DNA of 64,000 nucleotides from the NCBI GenBank assembly GCA_963850305.1, contig CAWKKR010000008.1, positions 832,001 through 896,000 of the forward strand, read 5' to 3'. Position numbers and translations under genes: made by a program. This DNA comes from an uncultured delta proteobacterium (GTDB lineage Bacteria > Myxococcota_A > Polyangia > Polyangiales > Polyangiaceae). Positions within the stretch are counted from its first letter, which is position 1. Every line of letters begins with the position of its first letter. The notes beneath the pieces are model-generated. The model searched no databases and was not told the origin of the DNA. It saw only the letters and a list, made by a program, of their open reading frames with translations. Positions 62,101-64,000 of the stretch are shown here, in pieces.

Positions 62101-64000
62101 GAACGACGTTGCCGCCATCGTCGACGATGTACGCATCGACGCGATTGTTGCCGAGGAGCGTCTGATCGAGCGGCATCGTGAAGGAGCCCGCGCCGTCGTT
62201 CAGATCGATCGTGCGCATGTCCACCGTCTGACCCTCGTTGATCCAGTCGACGTACGCATGGTTCTCCGACGTCGATGCCTCGACGTTCACGGTCGCGGTG
62301 CTGCCGACGGCGTAGACGCTCTCGTCCGTGCGCACCAGGACGTGCTCGGCGCCGGTCTGGGCGCCGAACGTCAGCGTGCGCGCGATCGGGGCGCCTCCAC
62401 TCGGGGTCACGGTGGCGAGCACCGTGAAGGTGTCCGGCGCCGCGTCCGGCGTGAAGTCCATCACGACCTGACCGAAGCCGTTCGTGACCCCCGTCAGCGT
62501 CGTCGTCCCACCGATGACGAGCGACACGGAGGCGTTCGGGATCGGGTTTCCCAGCGGGTCGGTTGCGAACACGTCGAGCTTGTTGTCGAGCCCGGGAACG
62601 ATCGTCGTCGATTCCGGCACGACGGTGAGCAGCACCGAGTTTTGCGCGACCGTCACCGGCACGGACTTCGTCACCACCTGTCCTGCCGTGTCGGTCACCG
62701 TGACCTGCAAGCTGACCGTCGCGTTGCCTTGCTCGAGGGGCAGCCCTGCGAGAGTCGACGGCAGCGTCATGCTGAAGGACATCTTCCCCGTCGCGTCCGT
62801 CTTGCCGACGACGCGCTGGAACGGGGTCGTGCCCACGTCGAGCGTGTCTCCCTCGATGACTACGTCCGCGGTGGCCACCGGCTTGCCGAAGAAATACGTC
62901 GCGTCGACGGTGCCGGTGACCGTCGCGCCCGCGGTGTACCAAGGCGCGTCGGTGCTCACGTCGAGCCCGAACTTCGGCAGCGTGTACGTGGACACGTTCA
63001 CGGTCTTCTGCGTCGTCGCGCCGGAGACCGACACGCTGGTCTTGAACGCGCCCTCGTTGACGATGGGTCCGATGACGAAGTCCGTCGATGCGACGCCATA
63101 GCCGTCCGTCGTGATCGATTTCTGGAAGACCTCGTTGCCATTGCCATCGTCCACCTCGAACACGGCGGCGGCGCCGGCGATCGGCGTATTTTGGGGCGGC
63201 GCGAGCGCGAGCGCGCGAAGGTGGATGGTCTGACCCGGCTGATAAATGGGTTTGTCCGTCGTCAGGAGCACCTGCTGCCCCGGCGCCGATACGGCCATCG
63301 GATCGGTGACAGTCTGGGTAGTGCCGCTCGCCGTCGCGCTCGCTTGCAGCGTGTAGGAGCCCACGTCCGCGTCAGCGAGGGTGAGCGGGAAGATGGCTTC
63401 TCCCGTCGCCGACGTGGTGCCGGTCAGCGTGCGCGACGGCTTCCCCGTCTCCGAGAGGACGAGTGTCACGGGAACACCGGCAACGGGCGCCTTCGTCACC
63501 GGCTGCTCGGCGCGGACGCGATACGACGCGGCCTTGCCACCGGCGACCGTCGAGGGCCCTTCGAGGCGCACCTCGTAGGGCCGGACGACACGAAGGAGTG
63601 AGCTCGTCACGAGCAGCGACGCCGCAGCTCCGTCGTCGATGACCACGATGTAGCGAGCCCAGTCGGCCTCGCCGTGAACGTCCGCGGGTACGGGGAAGGT
63701 GGCGTGCAGCGTCCTGCTCGCCCCGGTCGCGAGCGAATAGGCGAGAGCCGTGCTCTCGAGCGTGCGTGAGCCGTCCACGACGCGTATCGACGTGGCGAGC
63801 GTACCCGTCACGGCGCGCGTCGCGGAGATCGGCACGTCGAGCGACAGGGTCCCGCCGGAGACCGTCGCGACCATGCCCGCTTCGTCGATCGAGACGAGCC
63901 CGTTACTCGTCTTGTCCACTCCGCCCACGCTGGCGCTCGGCCGTCCGCCTTCCGAGCACGCGCCGCCCACGAGAACGGCAAGCAACACGCAAAGCCCCGC
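59117..64000 (-). CDS. Alpha-2-macroglobulin family lipoprotein (start at or beyond the window edge)
   Basis: TDKPIYQPG MG domains, VRQSFPETLY, ADSITQW, thioester PNGCFEQT and FGSTQAT; lipobox-like GGAC. Confidence 0.95.
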   Translation of the reverse strand, partial: AGLCVLLAVLVGGACSEGGRPSASVGGVDKTSNGLVSIDEAGMVATVSGGTLSLDVPISATRAVTGTLATSIRVVDGSRTLESTALAYSLATGASRTLHATFPVPADVHGEADWARYIVVIDDGAAASLLVTSSLLRVVRPYEVRLEGPSTVAGGKAASYRVRAEQPVTKAPVAGVPVTLVLSETGKPSRTLTGTTSATGEAIFPLTLADADVGSYTLQASATASGTTQTVTDPMAVSAPGQQVLLTTDKPIYQPGQTIHLRALALAPPQNTPIAGAAAVFEVDDGNGNEVFQKSITTDGYGVASTDFVIGPIVNEGAFKTSVSVSGATTQKTVNVSTYTLPKFGLDVSTDAPWYTAGATVTGTVDATYFFGKPVATADVVIEGDTLDVGTTPFQRVVGKTDATGKMSFSMTLPSTLAGLPLEQGNATVSLQVTVTDTAGQVVTKSVPVTVAQNSVLLTVVPESTTIVPGLDNKLDVFATDPLGNPIPNASVSLVIGGTTTLTGVTNGFGQVVMDFTPDAAPDTFTVLATVTPSGGAPIARTLTFGAQTGAEHVLVRTDESVYAVGSTATVNVEASTSENHAYVDWINEGQTVDMRTIDLNDGAGSFTMPLDQTLLGNNRVDAYIVDDGGNVVRAGKTLYVRDDASLDVTITADKSTYTPGQTATLSFAVKDSSGKPAVAAVGVQVVDAAVFGLVDAQPGLLQTFFQLEDSYSQPTYQIDAPPASLPDLLFTGTAATDPSASQAAQTEAAATFAAIGGSGVTGIEDGSWPAVVTAVDTLLAPYLATTKASLVAVVNSLLAAESALLENQGCTASGYYCSSLGTSYYAALQSRLARDISAVDYWGNPFTVSTTGVDFLDLVSMGPDERPGTADDVTIAIAATDLNANLVSDVTFGGGGFLGAPGGALGAGGSASTQAASGGGTGASDTAPRVRQSFPETLYVNPEVITGADGTASVQIPLADSITQWKVSALANTGTGKLGGGQGSMTVFQDFFVDASLPSSLTLGDEVEFPITVYNYLTTSQIVHLTLQSASWFTPVGATAMDVPLDPGEVTGVRFPVQVTAVGHQSLTVQAIGTKASDAVSRSVTVVPNGQVVPVSRSGSVPASGVTESFTFPADEVPGSAQLYVNLFPGYLSQVVQGMDSILQVPNGCFEQTTSTTWPDVLALDYMQATKQGTPDVELKADSYINAGYQRLLTFEHPGGGFSWFGTQDPSPYLSVTALGVMEFADMSKVHTVDAAMLSRTKAWLVAQQQSDGSWAPDRSEFFTVQASALRNTAFVVWALASAGDAGPELSRGIAYLKTASLAGQDAYTLGLVANAFAAAAPSDPFLTQVLSQLDGMKKIDGQNVSWDSGGTQTNFYGSGQDSTVATTGIVAYALLTAGGYPSDVNGALSFLDASKNPNGNFGSTQATVWALRALVLAATKGAAIAAGTVSVGLDGAPFTTVGMSQAQGDLLTTVDLSSLASGGTHIVTLGFSGSGAPGYEIVQRYNEPWTDVPANTGPLDISVAYDKTTLRLNDTVQATVSVANTTASTENMVLVTVGIPPGFSVNTADLDAYKAGGTLSYYELTERQLTLYLTSIAPNTTAAFAYHLVATMPITASDGGGQAFLYYQPDQKASAPAQVIQVTPS

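Overview
High-GC window whose gene content points to a myxobacterium (inference from Gly/Cys-rich lipoproteins, a sigma-54 activator, a serpin and an alpha-2-macroglobulin). It contains dps, an NtrC-type activator, acyl-CoA dehydrogenase, tRNA-Arg(TCG) followed by a decayed islet, katG, a serpin, three toxin-antitoxin-like pairs and two AIM24 genes. It also contains an arsenic locus (sigZ-arsM divergent from arsD-arsA-arsC) with no ArsR or pump, an RND efflux operon, a 70-bp REP-like array and a complete IS110 element, with the end of a second copy at the window start. Further along are cytochrome c and HiPIP genes, mscL, a fluoride riboswitch-crcB operon, a ~20-kb stress cluster and an alpha-2-macroglobulin. 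Three signals stand out. (1) The IS110 non-coding end carries guide-like segments matching both its own donor end and both insertion sites, which include a TAG stop codon. (2) Seven sigma-54 promoters lie in the stress cluster, and five upstream regions carry two CGCA-N5-TGCG palindromes exactly 19 bp apart. (3) The arsenic locus appears to use a Cys-rich ECF sigma factor instead of ArsR. At least seven single-base frameshifts suggest sequencing or assembly indels, so pseudogene and fusion calls need caution. All protein assignments come from motif recognition; no database searches were run.
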